From positions 1 to 61,972 of the forward strand of contig CAYFNR010000004.1 of the NCBI GenBank assembly GCA_964344605.1: 61,972 nucleotides of DNA, read 5' to 3'. Source of the stretch: Candidatus Woesearchaeota archaeon (GTDB taxonomy: Archaea > Nanobdellota > Nanobdellia > UBA10117 > ARS21). The position numbers and the translations under genes are program-made. The notes under the pieces are model-generated. The model ran no database searches and had not been told where the DNA came from. It was given only the letters and a program-made list of their open reading frames with translations. Shown piece after piece: positions 40,128-49,301 of this stretch; position 1 is the first letter of the stretch, and each line of letters begins with the position of its first letter.

Positions 40128-40183
40128 TTTAGCCTACCTCCAATTATGAATTAAGTTGTAAAAATAAGTATTAAAAGCTATTG

Positions 40184-41302
40184 TTAGCGTCCAACAATAT
40201 CAACTGGAGTAGAGAAAGCCTGCCTTTCTCCTTTGCGAACTTTCTGCGTAAGAACCGCAGGAGGCAATGTAATCTTTCCAATTACACGAAGCTTGGATTG
40301 TATTTGATATGAAAGAACTCTTTCTTCTCGTGGTGCTAGTTCAGAGAATTTCCAAGTGAGCTTAATGTAATTTTTCTGCTTGCTGACCGAATCTGGCTCT
40401 ATGGTAATGAACTTCTTAACCAAATTGAAAGGAACTGGTATGTAATCCTCAACTACTACATTTTTCTGTGGCTTGCCTGTCTTGTTTTTAACAATTATTT
40501 CAGTCTTCAGAGACTTGCGTCCGCCCTCTTGAGAAACTCTCACAGACTTTGTTAACCTAAAGCTTGAAGAATAATATACTCCAAACAATATCAGAGCAAC
40601 TACGAGTAGCAGACCTCCGGCAAGTAAAGGTATGTAAGAAACAGAGTATGAAAGGGTAGTGGATTCCCCTGGTTCCAGAGAATATGCCCAGGCAACGCGC
40701 TTGTTCTTCCCATAGTCAGATACTCCAGAATATTCAGGATTAGACGCTATTAAATATAACTCAAGTTCTGTAAACGTTTCGGTCCATTCATTTTCAATAG
40801 TTGTTTCTCCTGTATTATTTAGGAAAATGGAATATGATCTTTTAATCCACGAATCAGTTGCTTCTTTTTCTATAATTGTTAGCTCAGTTTTTGGGTCAGG
40901 AAGGTCAGCTGTACTAGTCACGAAAACATGCAAATATCTGTAATCTTTCACTGTTGAGTTAGTTGCAGACTTGATCTCAACATATATCGCATATTTTCCA
41001 GGAGGAGTGTTAATTGGTGGAGCTGCTCTCATCTTTGTTTTTGCAACCCATTTTGCGTTCAAAGGAATATAATAATCTTCAAAAGATATATGCCACTTAC
41101 TCCTTGGTGCAGATAGGTATATATCATCCTTGAATTCTTGATTGTTTGTTATTTCCAAAAGAAAACTTGCAGATTCGTCAGATCTGATTGTGTCTGTGGA
41201 TTCAGTTCGATTCACTTCCACTGATATTGGAGATAGAGCTGCAGCAGAATATACTAAAGACAATACAAAGAACAATAGGACTGTGAGTCTAATCAAACGC
41301 AT
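40184..41302 (-). CDS. secreted/membrane-anchored Ig-like repeat surface protein
   Basis: Signal peptide, beta-rich domains, one TM segment, then a DUF11-like C-terminal domain (VVVEDYIP...LTW). Confidence 0.7.
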   Translation of the reverse strand: MRLIRLTVLLFFVLSLVYSAAALSPISVEVNRTESTDTIRSDESASFLLEITNNQEFKDDIYLSAPRSKWHISFEDYYIPLNAKWVAKTKMRAAPPINTPPGKYAIYVEIKSATNSTVKDYRYLHVFVTSTADLPDPKTELTIIEKEATDSWIKRSYSIFLNNTGETTIENEWTETFTELELYLIASNPEYSGVSDYGKNKRVAWAYSLEPGESTTLSYSVSYIPLLAGGLLLVVALILFGVYYSSSFRLTKSVRVSQEGGRKSLKTEIIVKNKTGKPQKNVVVEDYIPVPFNLVKKFITIEPDSVSKQKNYIKLTWKFSELAPREERVLSYQIQSKLRVIGKITLPPAVLTQKVRKGERQAFSTPVDIVGR

Positions 41303-41335
41303 ACTTCTATTCTAAGACTTTGCTTAATAAAAAGA

Positions 41336-41899
41336 TTACTGCTTTAGTTTTTTCAGAACGTCGTCTGCTTTTTGATACAATTCTTCCAAAGTTCCTTCAT
41401 TTCTTATCTTAAATTCAGCTAAACTAAGCGCCTCTTCAAATGTTTCGTAAAGCTTGAGCTCACCTTTTTCGTGCTTTCGGAATTTTTCCCAAGTGTTTGG
41501 AAATCCCACTCTTCCACGTCCCTTAAGTCTATCAAACCTGATTTTGGGGTCTGCATCTACAGAAACGAGGTGGAAAATTGGGCCAAATCTCTTTCTGTAA
41601 ATCTCAAGCTCCTGGACCCTTCTAACTCCATTTATTATGGACTTCTCCCAATTGAGTTTAAGTATTTTGTCGCAAACTTTATCTCCCCAATAATACATTC
41701 CATGCTTATCTGTAAAGCTCTTTGAAACTTTTTGCAGATTCTCTCTCTTTAGTTCCAATCCTTGCTCTTCTGTTGCTTCTCTTACAAGATCTCCCATGCT
41801 TATGGACTGAAAACCGTACTCTTTAACTAGATAATCACCAACAACATCTTTTCCAGAGCCTATTGTACCTATCAATCCAAGAACTAATTTGGGCTTCAT
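41336..41899 (-). CDS. P-loop nucleotide kinase (dephospho-CoA kinase/NMP kinase-like)
   Basis: GTIGSGKD, SMGDLVRE, INGVRR, RFDRLKGRGR. Confidence 0.85.
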   Translation of the reverse strand: MKPKLVLGLIGTIGSGKDVVGDYLVKEYGFQSISMGDLVREATEEQGLELKRENLQKVSKSFTDKHGMYYWGDKVCDKILKLNWEKSIINGVRRVQELEIYRKRFGPIFHLVSVDADPKIRFDRLKGRGRVGFPNTWEKFRKHEKGELKLYETFEEALSLAEFKIRNEGTLEELYQKADDVLKKLKQ

Positions 41900-41977
41900 A
41901 TACAAAGTTAACTTAGCTAGAATATAAACTTTATTTGTTTGCGGTAGATTTTTAAGCATCAAAAAACACTATTTTAT

Positions 41978-42337
41978 ATGCCTGAAAAGCGTAAAAAGAA
42001 GAGGAAGATATTTCCAATTTTTGGCTGGGTAATTGATATTGTAGATTTGGCTCTAAACTTCCTTCCAGGTAAAGCGGCTACAGCAATGCTCCTAATGGGA
42101 CTTGTAGCTGGTGGGTATGGTGGATTTCAGTATGGAGTTGGCTCAGTAGATATTCTAGAGTGCCCGACTTGTCCAGAATGTCCCGAATTCCCCACATGTC
42201 CTGAAGTTCCTGAATGTCCAGAACAAGTGGAATGTCCAGAATGTCCAAAAGCATTAGAAGATTACACTTGTGAAGAAATTAGCGACGCTTTGAAGGGCAA
42301 ATGTGCATGTGAAAGCGTTCCGCAAAGTAACTATTAA
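41978..42337 (+). CDS. membrane-anchored protein with Cys-Pro-x repeats
   Basis: Basic N-terminus, hydrophobic segments, CPTCPECPEFPTCPEVPECPEQVECPECPK. Confidence 0.75.
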   Translation: MPEKRKKKRKIFPIFGWVIDIVDLALNFLPGKAATAMLLMGLVAGGYGGFQYGVGSVDILECPTCPECPEFPTCPEVPECPEQVECPECPKALEDYTCEEISDALKGKCACESVPQSNY

Positions 42338-43191
42338 GTAAGTTTTCTCTCATTATTTTGAACTATTCTTTCTGCAATCTGCTCTAAAGTCTTTTCTATC
42401 AATTTTGATGTATGGCTATTCCTTCTGTAATCAGCGGGCCCTATTCCAAAAATCCTGTTTTCTTCTCTGAGCTGATAAGCGTCTGTGAAGGCTTCTTCCG
42501 ACTTTGGGTCGTAAACAGCTATGCTGTAGCCGCCTTTTTTATTCATTAAAGAAAAACAAGGCACGTCGGTTGGTCCGTCTCCAATGTAAATCATGTTTTC
42601 GAAGGGAATTCTTCTATCTTCAGGTGATATTTTCTCATTAACTTCTACATCGGGACCTTTGTTAATCTCAAATATGAACCTTGTCTTATTTGTGTATCCT
42701 ACAGCCCTAGCTATTTCAGATATTAACCCTTCTCTCTCCAAATACTCAGAAGCAAACACATCTGTCAGAGAATCATTGAGGCTACTACCTAAAATCATTT
42801 CCTTGAGTCCTGTGCTAATTATATAATGCTCGACCTTTATATCGTGTTTTTCAAATCTTGGGTTTTTTTCAATTAAAGACTTAACCCTTGAAAAATATGA
42901 GGGAAGTCCATGGAAAAGTTTGATTTCAGATCCAAGTTCCCTAAGCTTTCGATTCGAAAGACCTCCAAACTTCGGATCCGATTCTCCACGAACATGCCTT
43001 AGTATGGCATTCATGTAGGCCATTTCCTGGTCCACATTAACATTTTTGTCCTCTTCCACTATACTTAAACATTCTGTCCAAAACTCACCTTCATCTACAC
43101 CATACTCATCGAATATTGGGACCTGCATAAAATCAGGAATAAGAGTCTTGTCGCAATCATAAATAAGTGCTATAATGTTATGTGAAGCCAT
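42334..43191 (-). CDS. HAD-superfamily hydrolase
   Basis: YDCDKT motif I, IISTG motif II, YIGDGPTD motif IV. Confidence 0.88.
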   Translation of the reverse strand: MASHNIIALIYDCDKTLIPDFMQVPIFDEYGVDEGEFWTECLSIVEEDKNVNVDQEMAYMNAILRHVRGESDPKFGGLSNRKLRELGSEIKLFHGLPSYFSRVKSLIEKNPRFEKHDIKVEHYIISTGLKEMILGSSLNDSLTDVFASEYLEREGLISEIARAVGYTNKTRFIFEINKGPDVEVNEKISPEDRRIPFENMIYIGDGPTDVPCFSLMNKKGGYSIAVYDPKSEEAFTDAYQLREENRIFGIGPADYRRNSHTSKLIEKTLEQIAERIVQNNERKLT

Positions 43192-43249
43192 AAAACCCAC
43201 TAATAATTAATTTTTTTAAAGTGAACGATTCCTAGATGGGAATTTTTCG

Positions 43250-43435
43250 TTAAGTTCTCGCTACTGTAATTGCTTCCACATTATTTCTTCGTTTAAGTTT
43301 GTAGGGTGTACCAGAAGTCTTATCAAATCCAGGTTTGTAATATGTGTTATTTTCTCCGGAGAAAATCTCAGTAAGATGCTCAGGAGTATTCTGTTTAAGT
43401 GCAGTGATATTCCCTTCTTGATTTTCGTATTCCAT
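43250..43435 (-). CDS. short hypothetical protein or gene fragment, 61 aa
   Basis: ATG ORF with its own AT-rich upstream region; no motif. Confidence 0.4.
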   Translation of the reverse strand: MEYENQEGNITALKQNTPEHLTEIFSGENNTYYKPGFDKTSGTPYKLKRRNNVEAITVART

Positions 43436-43472
43436 ATTTTCGCTTCTTAAATTGAGTATAAAAACCTTGCTA

Positions 43473-44300
43473 TTAGTGTACTACAATACCAGTATCTCTT
43501 AGTATATCTATCCACCTTACATGTGGTTCAAACTCAGGTGTGTGCCTGTTGCCCACTAAAGCCGCGTACACAGAAAGAGGTCCACAGTTATGTCCATCCT
43601 CTTGTATTCTGCGAATGTTTATCATATTCAAATGATAACCTGTGGCAATTAAATTTTCAAGGTTTTCTTTTGTTGGTTCAAGTAGTGCATCCATTGCTTT
43701 TACAGGTATAGCCTTATCCCAAATATAATCTTCTGGCTCAATACTTTTATGGACTTCTCCAGTAGCTACTAAAAATATAAAATCTGAGAGTGGTTTTTCT
43801 AATATAGTTTGGCTAGAGTTATAAAATCCCAACGGATCATATATCCTTAACTGATCACCATCCAATATGTCTGTAACAAGCGTCCAGTGTTTTCCGTCAC
43901 CTGCAAAAACAGCACTTACATTGTAAAGATTCGCTGTAGCGTAGATATCAGTTTGATTATACCATTCAGGTTCTGGTCTATTGCGGATCTCTCTTACAGC
44001 CCTACAAAAATGCTTCCCTGCTCCTATGTTATTAATTTCCATTATTTGCTTTTTAAAAAAGGATATAAAAACCTTATGTTTTGTGAAATATTTACTGAAA
44101 TCTAGATTTTTTGCAATAGAAAGATTTATATAGGGATAATCTCTCTGGAAACCGGAAATAATTGGGCGCTTGCGTTCGGTTGTTTCTACCGAATTGTCTT
44201 CGGATAATTCACCCGAACTTTCTTCGGAAAGTTCATGAATGATCTTCGGATCGTTCAACCTTCGGAAGGGCGGGGACTTGGCTTGCTGAGTTCCTTGCAC
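43473..44300 (-). CDS. clan CE (Ulp1/C48-like) cysteine protease
   Basis: WYNQTDI, GKHWTLV, IYDPLG, IQEDGHNCG give a His-Asp-Gln-Cys order as in Ulp1/SENP. Confidence 0.72.
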   Translation of the reverse strand: MQGTQQAKSPPFRRLNDPKIIHELSEESSGELSEDNSVETTERKRPIISGFQRDYPYINLSIAKNLDFSKYFTKHKVFISFFKKQIMEINNIGAGKHFCRAVREIRNRPEPEWYNQTDIYATANLYNVSAVFAGDGKHWTLVTDILDGDQLRIYDPLGFYNSSQTILEKPLSDFIFLVATGEVHKSIEPEDYIWDKAIPVKAMDALLEPTKENLENLIATGYHLNMINIRRIQEDGHNCGPLSVYAALVGNRHTPEFEPHVRWIDILRDTGIVVH

Positions 44301-44341
44301 GTCCGATTTTAATCTTTTTTAAAATTTAAACGTTATAGAAA

Positions 44342-44845
44342 TTATATTATTTGGTCCTTATCTAAAATTGCAACCATTCCTCTTGTTCTGATTATAGGTT
44401 CATTTTGCCAAGAAAATTTATCGGCTGTATCTCTAGAGAATTTCATTTCGTAAGCTACTACTGCGTCTTCTCTTACATCAAAAAATAGCTGCGTTCGAAA
44501 GTGGCTATCAGAGGACTCATGAAACTTGTAATAGAATTCCAGAGCTCTTAGTGGATCATTCGCAGTTTCAAGGCTCTCTATTACTTCATTTATTTCACTA
44601 GGACCAAACTTTCTAGCGTAGTACTTCTTTATCCTTCCATCTTTAATGAACGTAACCTGGTCTGCATCATCATCTAAATAGAAATCCTCAAGTGCTTCGC
44701 GTAAAGATTCATAAATTCTGGGTTGAACTATCTGTGCCTGATCAAAATTGGTACCGTTAGATTCTTCTTCATACCACTTCTCCCATAGTTCTCCACCAAT
44801 TCTAGGAGTTACAGGGTTCAAAACTATATCTTTGAAGTCTTCCAT
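44342..44845 (-). CDS. hypothetical acidic protein
   Basis: Starts within 8 nt of the tRNA-Thr 3' end. Confidence 0.7.
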   Translation of the reverse strand: MEDFKDIVLNPVTPRIGGELWEKWYEEESNGTNFDQAQIVQPRIYESLREALEDFYLDDDADQVTFIKDGRIKKYYARKFGPSEINEVIESLETANDPLRALEFYYKFHESSDSHFRTQLFFDVREDAVVAYEMKFSRDTADKFSWQNEPIIRTRGMVAILDKDQII

Positions 44846-44852
44846 TTTCAAG

Positions 44853-44926
44853 AGCCCCGGACGAGATTTGAACTCGTGGCCTTTACCTTACCAAGGTAAC
44901 GCTCTACCAGACTGAGCTACCGGAGC
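44853..44926 (-). tRNA. tRNA-Thr(GGT)
   Basis: TTACC-TTGGTAA-GGTAA anticodon arm; TTCAAAT T-loop. Confidence 0.95.
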
Positions 44927-44969
44927 ATAAATATTTTATCGTTTGTTCGCTTTTTAAAGTTTGTCAGAA

Positions 44970-45374
44970 CTATTTCAATTTAACAACTTTGATTTCTTCG
45001 TTGCACTTTGCGCAATTAAAAGATACTCCTAGTTTTGTTTTTTTCTTGCCTCTAATTTCAACTCTAAGTTTTTTGCGTTCGAAAGGTATTCTTATTGTAT
45101 CAGAATTACCACATGAACAAGTGTATTGAACATTTGCTTTGAGAGTATCTTCATAATCTTCCTTATCTACAACATGCATACATTCTGGGCAAACATATTC
45201 TTTCGCACGTATTTTGGCCTTGCCAGTCTTTGGATTTTTTGGCTTACCCATTATGCCTTTTTCACATTCTGGACAAGGTCCACGAAAAACCCACACTTCG
45301 ACTCTGCCCTGATCGTCGGCTCTACGAGTGTAATAAACAAGCTCATCCATTGAATTTGGTCTTTCTATAGCCAT
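44970..45374 (-). CDS. conserved hypothetical multi-Zn-ribbon protein
   Basis: CPEC, CPEC, CSC, CAKC motifs. Confidence 0.8.
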   Translation of the reverse strand: MAIERPNSMDELVYYTRRADDQGRVEVWVFRGPCPECEKGIMGKPKNPKTGKAKIRAKEYVCPECMHVVDKEDYEDTLKANVQYTCSCGNSDTIRIPFERKKLRVEIRGKKKTKLGVSFNCAKCNEEIKVVKLK

Positions 45375-45458
45375 AATATACTCTTGAATATAGGGTTTAA
45401 ATATCTTTTTAATCCAATCAGCAAACTTTAAAAGCGGCTTCGAGCTAAGATTTCTTAC

Positions 45459-45542
45459 GCAGGGGTTCCAGAGCGGTCAAATGGGTAGGGCTTAAGACCC
45501 TATGGCTTAGTGCCTTCGCAGGTTCGAATCCTGCCCCCTGCA
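45459..45542 (+). tRNA. tRNA-Leu(TAA)
   Basis: TAGGG-CTTAAGA-CCCTA anticodon arm, long variable arm, GGTTCGAATCC. Confidence 0.95.
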
Positions 45543-45710
45543 CTAGAATCTAGACAGAGAATTCATAATGTTGATACTAAACATGCAGAAGCCATAAACG
45601 AACTTTCAAACAGAGTTATAGACAACTTTGTCCACTCTGATTCTTAAGTCTTATCAAGCCTAGGCTACAATACTAGAATAAACTTACTTCAACAACTAAG
45701 TTAAGTTCCT

Positions 45711-45893
45711 TTATTTTTTCATCATTGGAGCACAGCAATGTGCGAGTTTCTTTATTCCCCAGATTGCAACTACTGCTCCAACACCTTGTTCAAGAGACCA
45801 GGTGCCTACCCAAAGCAAGTAACCTACAGCTAGGAAAAGAACTCCAATTAAACCGTAGAACCAATTTCCACAACTCTCACAAATGTGAGCCAT
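45711..45893 (-). CDS. 60 aa 2-TM protein with Cys/His at both ends
   Basis: HICESC...TM...TM...AHCC. Confidence 0.7.
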   Translation of the reverse strand: MAHICESCGNWFYGLIGVLFLAVGYLLWVGTWSLEQGVGAVVAIWGIKKLAHCCAPMMKK

Positions 45894-45979
45894 AGTTTAA
45901 AAAAGCATGTTCTGTATATAAATTTTGTGCGATAAATCATCGATAGTTTTATATAAATCGTGTATTTAAGACTGGCACG

Positions 45980-46711
45980 ATGTCTGAACATAAAGAGCAT
46001 GAAGAACCTGTGAAAAAAAGAAAGCTCAAGAAAATCACGATCTCTTTTTCTATTTGGCAACTAATTAGTGCCCTTTTAGCAATAGCGCTTGTAGTTTCTA
46101 TATCTACCGGAGGATTTGGACTATTTGAAGATGACTCTAATGGAGCCGCAACTGCGGAACCAGAAGCCCCCTCGAGAGTCCAAGTCGATACAGACGATGA
46201 CGCTGTCCTTGGAGACGAAGATGCTCCAGTAACAATTATAGAGTTTTCAGACTATGAGTGCCCATTCTGTGCAAGATTCTGGAGTCAGACATTGCCTAGT
46301 TTGAAATCTAATTATATCGACACAGGAAAAGTGAATCTTGTTTATAGAGATTTGCCACTTCCTTTCCACGCAAATGCCCAAAAGGCTGCCGAAGCCGCAG
46401 AATGCGCTGGAGACCAAGATAGATATTGGGACATGCACGATGCTATCTTCGGAAACAATGATGATTTAAGTATATCTGCTATGAAAAGCCATGCTGTAAG
46501 TATGAGTCTAGACACAGCTGAATTCAACTCATGTTTGGATTCTGGAAAATACGAAGGTGAAGTGAATAGTGACTTATCAGATGCAGGCAAATACGGGGCC
46601 AGCGGAACACCAACATTCTTCATTGGCAATGATGATGATGGATATGTGAAAGTAGTTGGAGCTCAGCCGTACGCCGTATTCCAACAAGTAATTGACGCCG
46701 AGCTTGCTTAA
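45980..46711 (+). CDS. membrane-anchored DsbA-family thiol-disulfide oxidoreductase
   Basis: EFSDYECPFC, cis-Pro loop GTPTF, GAQPY. Confidence 0.92.
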   Translation: MSEHKEHEEPVKKRKLKKITISFSIWQLISALLAIALVVSISTGGFGLFEDDSNGAATAEPEAPSRVQVDTDDDAVLGDEDAPVTIIEFSDYECPFCARFWSQTLPSLKSNYIDTGKVNLVYRDLPLPFHANAQKAAEAAECAGDQDRYWDMHDAIFGNNDDLSISAMKSHAVSMSLDTAEFNSCLDSGKYEGEVNSDLSDAGKYGASGTPTFFIGNDDDGYVKVVGAQPYAVFQQVIDAELA

Positions 46712-46755
46712 ATTCATACCAAAAAGCTTTTAAATCAACTATATAAGAGATTTTT

Positions 46756-47247
46756 ATGACAAGATATATTCCAGTTGATACGGAAGAAATTTGTGGTCGA
46801 TACACAGACGGAGAAAGAACAAACACTGTTTCTTTAGTAGCTGTAAGTTTTGAGGATTATTTTGATAAAAAAAGTACAACATTTCTAGAAGATCCTTCTC
46901 TCATAAATGGAGAGATAGGGAATGAATATGAATACTCAAGACACGAGGTAGAGCAAATTAGACGTGGATGGATTTTACCAAGAACTAGTGAACAGAAAAA
47001 AGATTATTTACTCAGCAAACTACTAAGAGAATGCTTAGAGAAAGGGTATGATACTATCCTTATAGACGAAGGCTATGCAAAGGACTTGGAATCTGGAGAC
47101 ATGGAAATGCAAGGCAGGTTCTTAAGATTAGACATTACTCATATATTAAATATGAACGGCGAAACTGAAGCCCAATTACCAATTCAGGAGTATGATACTT
47201 TGTCAGAAATAATAACAATATATTGTGTTGATGAAGGAGATAATTAA
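46756..47247 (+). CDS. hypothetical acidic protein, 163 aa
   Basis: ATG ORF, coupled to the next gene. Confidence 0.7.
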   Translation: MTRYIPVDTEEICGRYTDGERTNTVSLVAVSFEDYFDKKSTTFLEDPSLINGEIGNEYEYSRHEVEQIRRGWILPRTSEQKKDYLLSKLLRECLEKGYDTILIDEGYAKDLESGDMEMQGRFLRLDITHILNMNGETEAQLPIQEYDTLSEIITIYCVDEGDN

Positions 47248-47248
47248 A

Positions 47249-48013
47249 ATGGCTGTTAAAATTTTACCAAAGTTAGAAGACGTAGATACTTTAGAAGCAA
47301 AATATCAGAACGGAGAAAGATCCCCAAAGAGCCTGTTTAGGGGCAGTTATGACTCCATGTTTGCGGAGAACAAATCTTCTCTATGGGTAGATACAGATTA
47401 TATAAAAATGGGGAGCGGCTGTGAATATCAGGAATTTTTTGAGCCGCAGAGATTTGGTGCAATTAACATGCCAAAAACAACTCTTGGCCGTGTATCAGAA
47501 GTACATAAAGAACTGAAAGAATTCAACACAGAGTGCTTAGCTTATGTTGACTCTGCCTACCAAGAAAACGAAAACAGTGTTGTAATTGTAAGATACTTGC
47601 CGGTTAACGACGTGGATGGTTCAACAATTATGAAATTCCTTGCTGTGCACAATACACTAGAACCAATAGATCTAGATATATTAAAACCAGGTCATGTCTA
47701 TCAACTGTCTGATGAAGGTTTAGTACTTGGTTCAGTTGACAAAGAAAACCCAGCTGTAGTACATTTTCAGTATTCTCTGGCCGATAAAACAGATAGTAAT
47801 TTCGTAGAGAAAGAAAACCTCGAAACTGTTGTAAACGATTTTGTAAGGCAGGGATATTTTAAGGGTTTACTTTTTGACAAAGTTTATGCTGAGGAACTAG
47901 ATATCGAACATGGTTGGCGCTCTTCAAGAATCGTTGTAGATATACTGGACAACGACGGAAATGTGGATCCTGTTCCATTGATATATCTTTTTGATGTTGG
48001 CTTGCTTGGATAG
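47249..48013 (+). CDS. hypothetical acidic protein
   Basis: GGAG SD before ATG 47249. Confidence 0.72.
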   Translation: MAVKILPKLEDVDTLEAKYQNGERSPKSLFRGSYDSMFAENKSSLWVDTDYIKMGSGCEYQEFFEPQRFGAINMPKTTLGRVSEVHKELKEFNTECLAYVDSAYQENENSVVIVRYLPVNDVDGSTIMKFLAVHNTLEPIDLDILKPGHVYQLSDEGLVLGSVDKENPAVVHFQYSLADKTDSNFVEKENLETVVNDFVRQGYFKGLLFDKVYAEELDIEHGWRSSRIVVDILDNDGNVDPVPLIYLFDVGLLG

Positions 48014-48050
48014 TCAAATGTTTTTTAACCTTTTCACTTCTTAAAAGTTT

Positions 48051-49301
48051 ATGATTTTACTTAAGAATTGCCGATTTGTTGTTACTCAAAATTCTCAAAA
48101 GGACATTCTCGAAAATGTTGACATCTTGATTAAAAAATCAAAGATATCCAAGATAAAATCTGATTTGTCTGTGGACTTAGCTGAAGAAATAGATGCATCA
48201 AAAAAGATTGTTATGCCTGGTTTAATTAATTTACATACTCATGCTGCTATGACTCTGTTTCGGGGGGCTGCTGACGATATGCCTTTTCATAAAGCCTGGC
48301 CCAAAATAATCTGGCCTGCTGAAGCAAAGATGAAAGAAAAGGATTACATTCACGGGAACACTCTGGCGGCAAAGGAAATGATTATGACTGGAACAACTTG
48401 TTTCAATGATATGTATTTTCGCCTTGATCTTGCCGCTGAAATTTTTCATAAATCGGGTTTGAGAGCATTTTTGAGTCATGCAACCTTTGACACTTTTGGT
48501 GAATTCAACGCTGAAAAATTTAAAGAAAGTTCTACAGAATTGAAGAAAATATCTCATCTCGTTAGAACACTAAAATCAGATACCATAAACTTTGCTTTGG
48601 GTCCACATGCTCCCTATACAAACTCAGGAGATTTGCTGGATAAGAGTAGGGGCTTGGCTGAAGAATGGAGGGCCTTGCTACATATCCACTTATGTGAAAA
48701 CAAGCAAGAAGTTGACGACTTCCAAAAAGATAAAGGACTAACAGAAATAGAGTTTTTAGATAGTATTGGGTTCTTAAGCAACAAAGTTATTGGAGCTCAC
48801 TGCTGTCACCTAACTGACAAAGATATAGATATTATCTCCAAAAATGATGTATCAATTGCACATTGTCCTTCCTCAAATATGAAACTTGTGTCTGGAGTTC
48901 TACCTCTAGAAAAGCTGCAGAAAGCAGGAGTTAATGTAGGATTAGGCACAGATGGATGTGCATCAAATAATTCTTTAGACATGTTTCAAGAGATGAAAAT
49001 TTGTGCTTTAAAACATAAAAGTGCAAATTCAAATGCAACAATTGCCTCAGCTCAAGAAGTTTTAGATATGGCCACAGTAAACGGAGCAGAGGCTTTGAAG
49101 ATAAAAGCTGGTTCTATTGAAGAAGGGAAATTGGCAGACATAATTTTAGTGGATCTTAATGAAGTCAAACTTCAGCCAACAACGAAGAAAAATGTGATTT
49201 CGAATTTAGTGTATTCTTGTTCCGGGGAATGCGTATCAGATACGATAGTCAACGGGAAAATATTGATGAGGAATAGGAAATTAATATCCAGATTCTCTTA
49301 G
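48051..49301 (+). CDS. amidohydrolase, MTA/SAH deaminase family
   Basis: NLHTH, PHAPY, HIHLCE, AHC, HCPSSNMKL, LGTDG. Confidence 0.9.
   Translation: MILLKNCRFVVTQNSQKDILENVDILIKKSKISKIKSDLSVDLAEEIDASKKIVMPGLINLHTHAAMTLFRGAADDMPFHKAWPKIIWPAEAKMKEKDYIHGNTLAAKEMIMTGTTCFNDMYFRLDLAAEIFHKSGLRAFLSHATFDTFGEFNAEKFKESSTELKKISHLVRTLKSDTINFALGPHAPYTNSGDLLDKSRGLAEEWRALLHIHLCENKQEVDDFQKDKGLTEIEFLDSIGFLSNKVIGAHCCHLTDKDIDIISKNDVSIAHCPSSNMKLVSGVLPLEKLQKAGVNVGLGTDGCASNNSLDMFQEMKICALKHKSANSNATIASAQEVLDMATVNGAEALKIKAGSIEEGKLADIILVDLNEVKLQPTTKKNVISNLVYSCSGECVSDTIVNGKILMRNRKLISRFS

Noticed and set aside
40134-40136. TAG reassignment or readthrough to explain the metG 5' end
   Set aside because: TAG ends clearly conserved genes here (rps17e 15524, Alba 16015), and the frame upstream of the TAG has no MetRS-like sequence.
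45520-45645. Stop-free frame running out of the tRNA-Leu 3' end, as in SSV-type split integrases
   Set aside because: The peptide (ESRQRIHNVDTKHAEAINELSNRV...) has no tyrosine-recombinase motif and no att duplicate was found.
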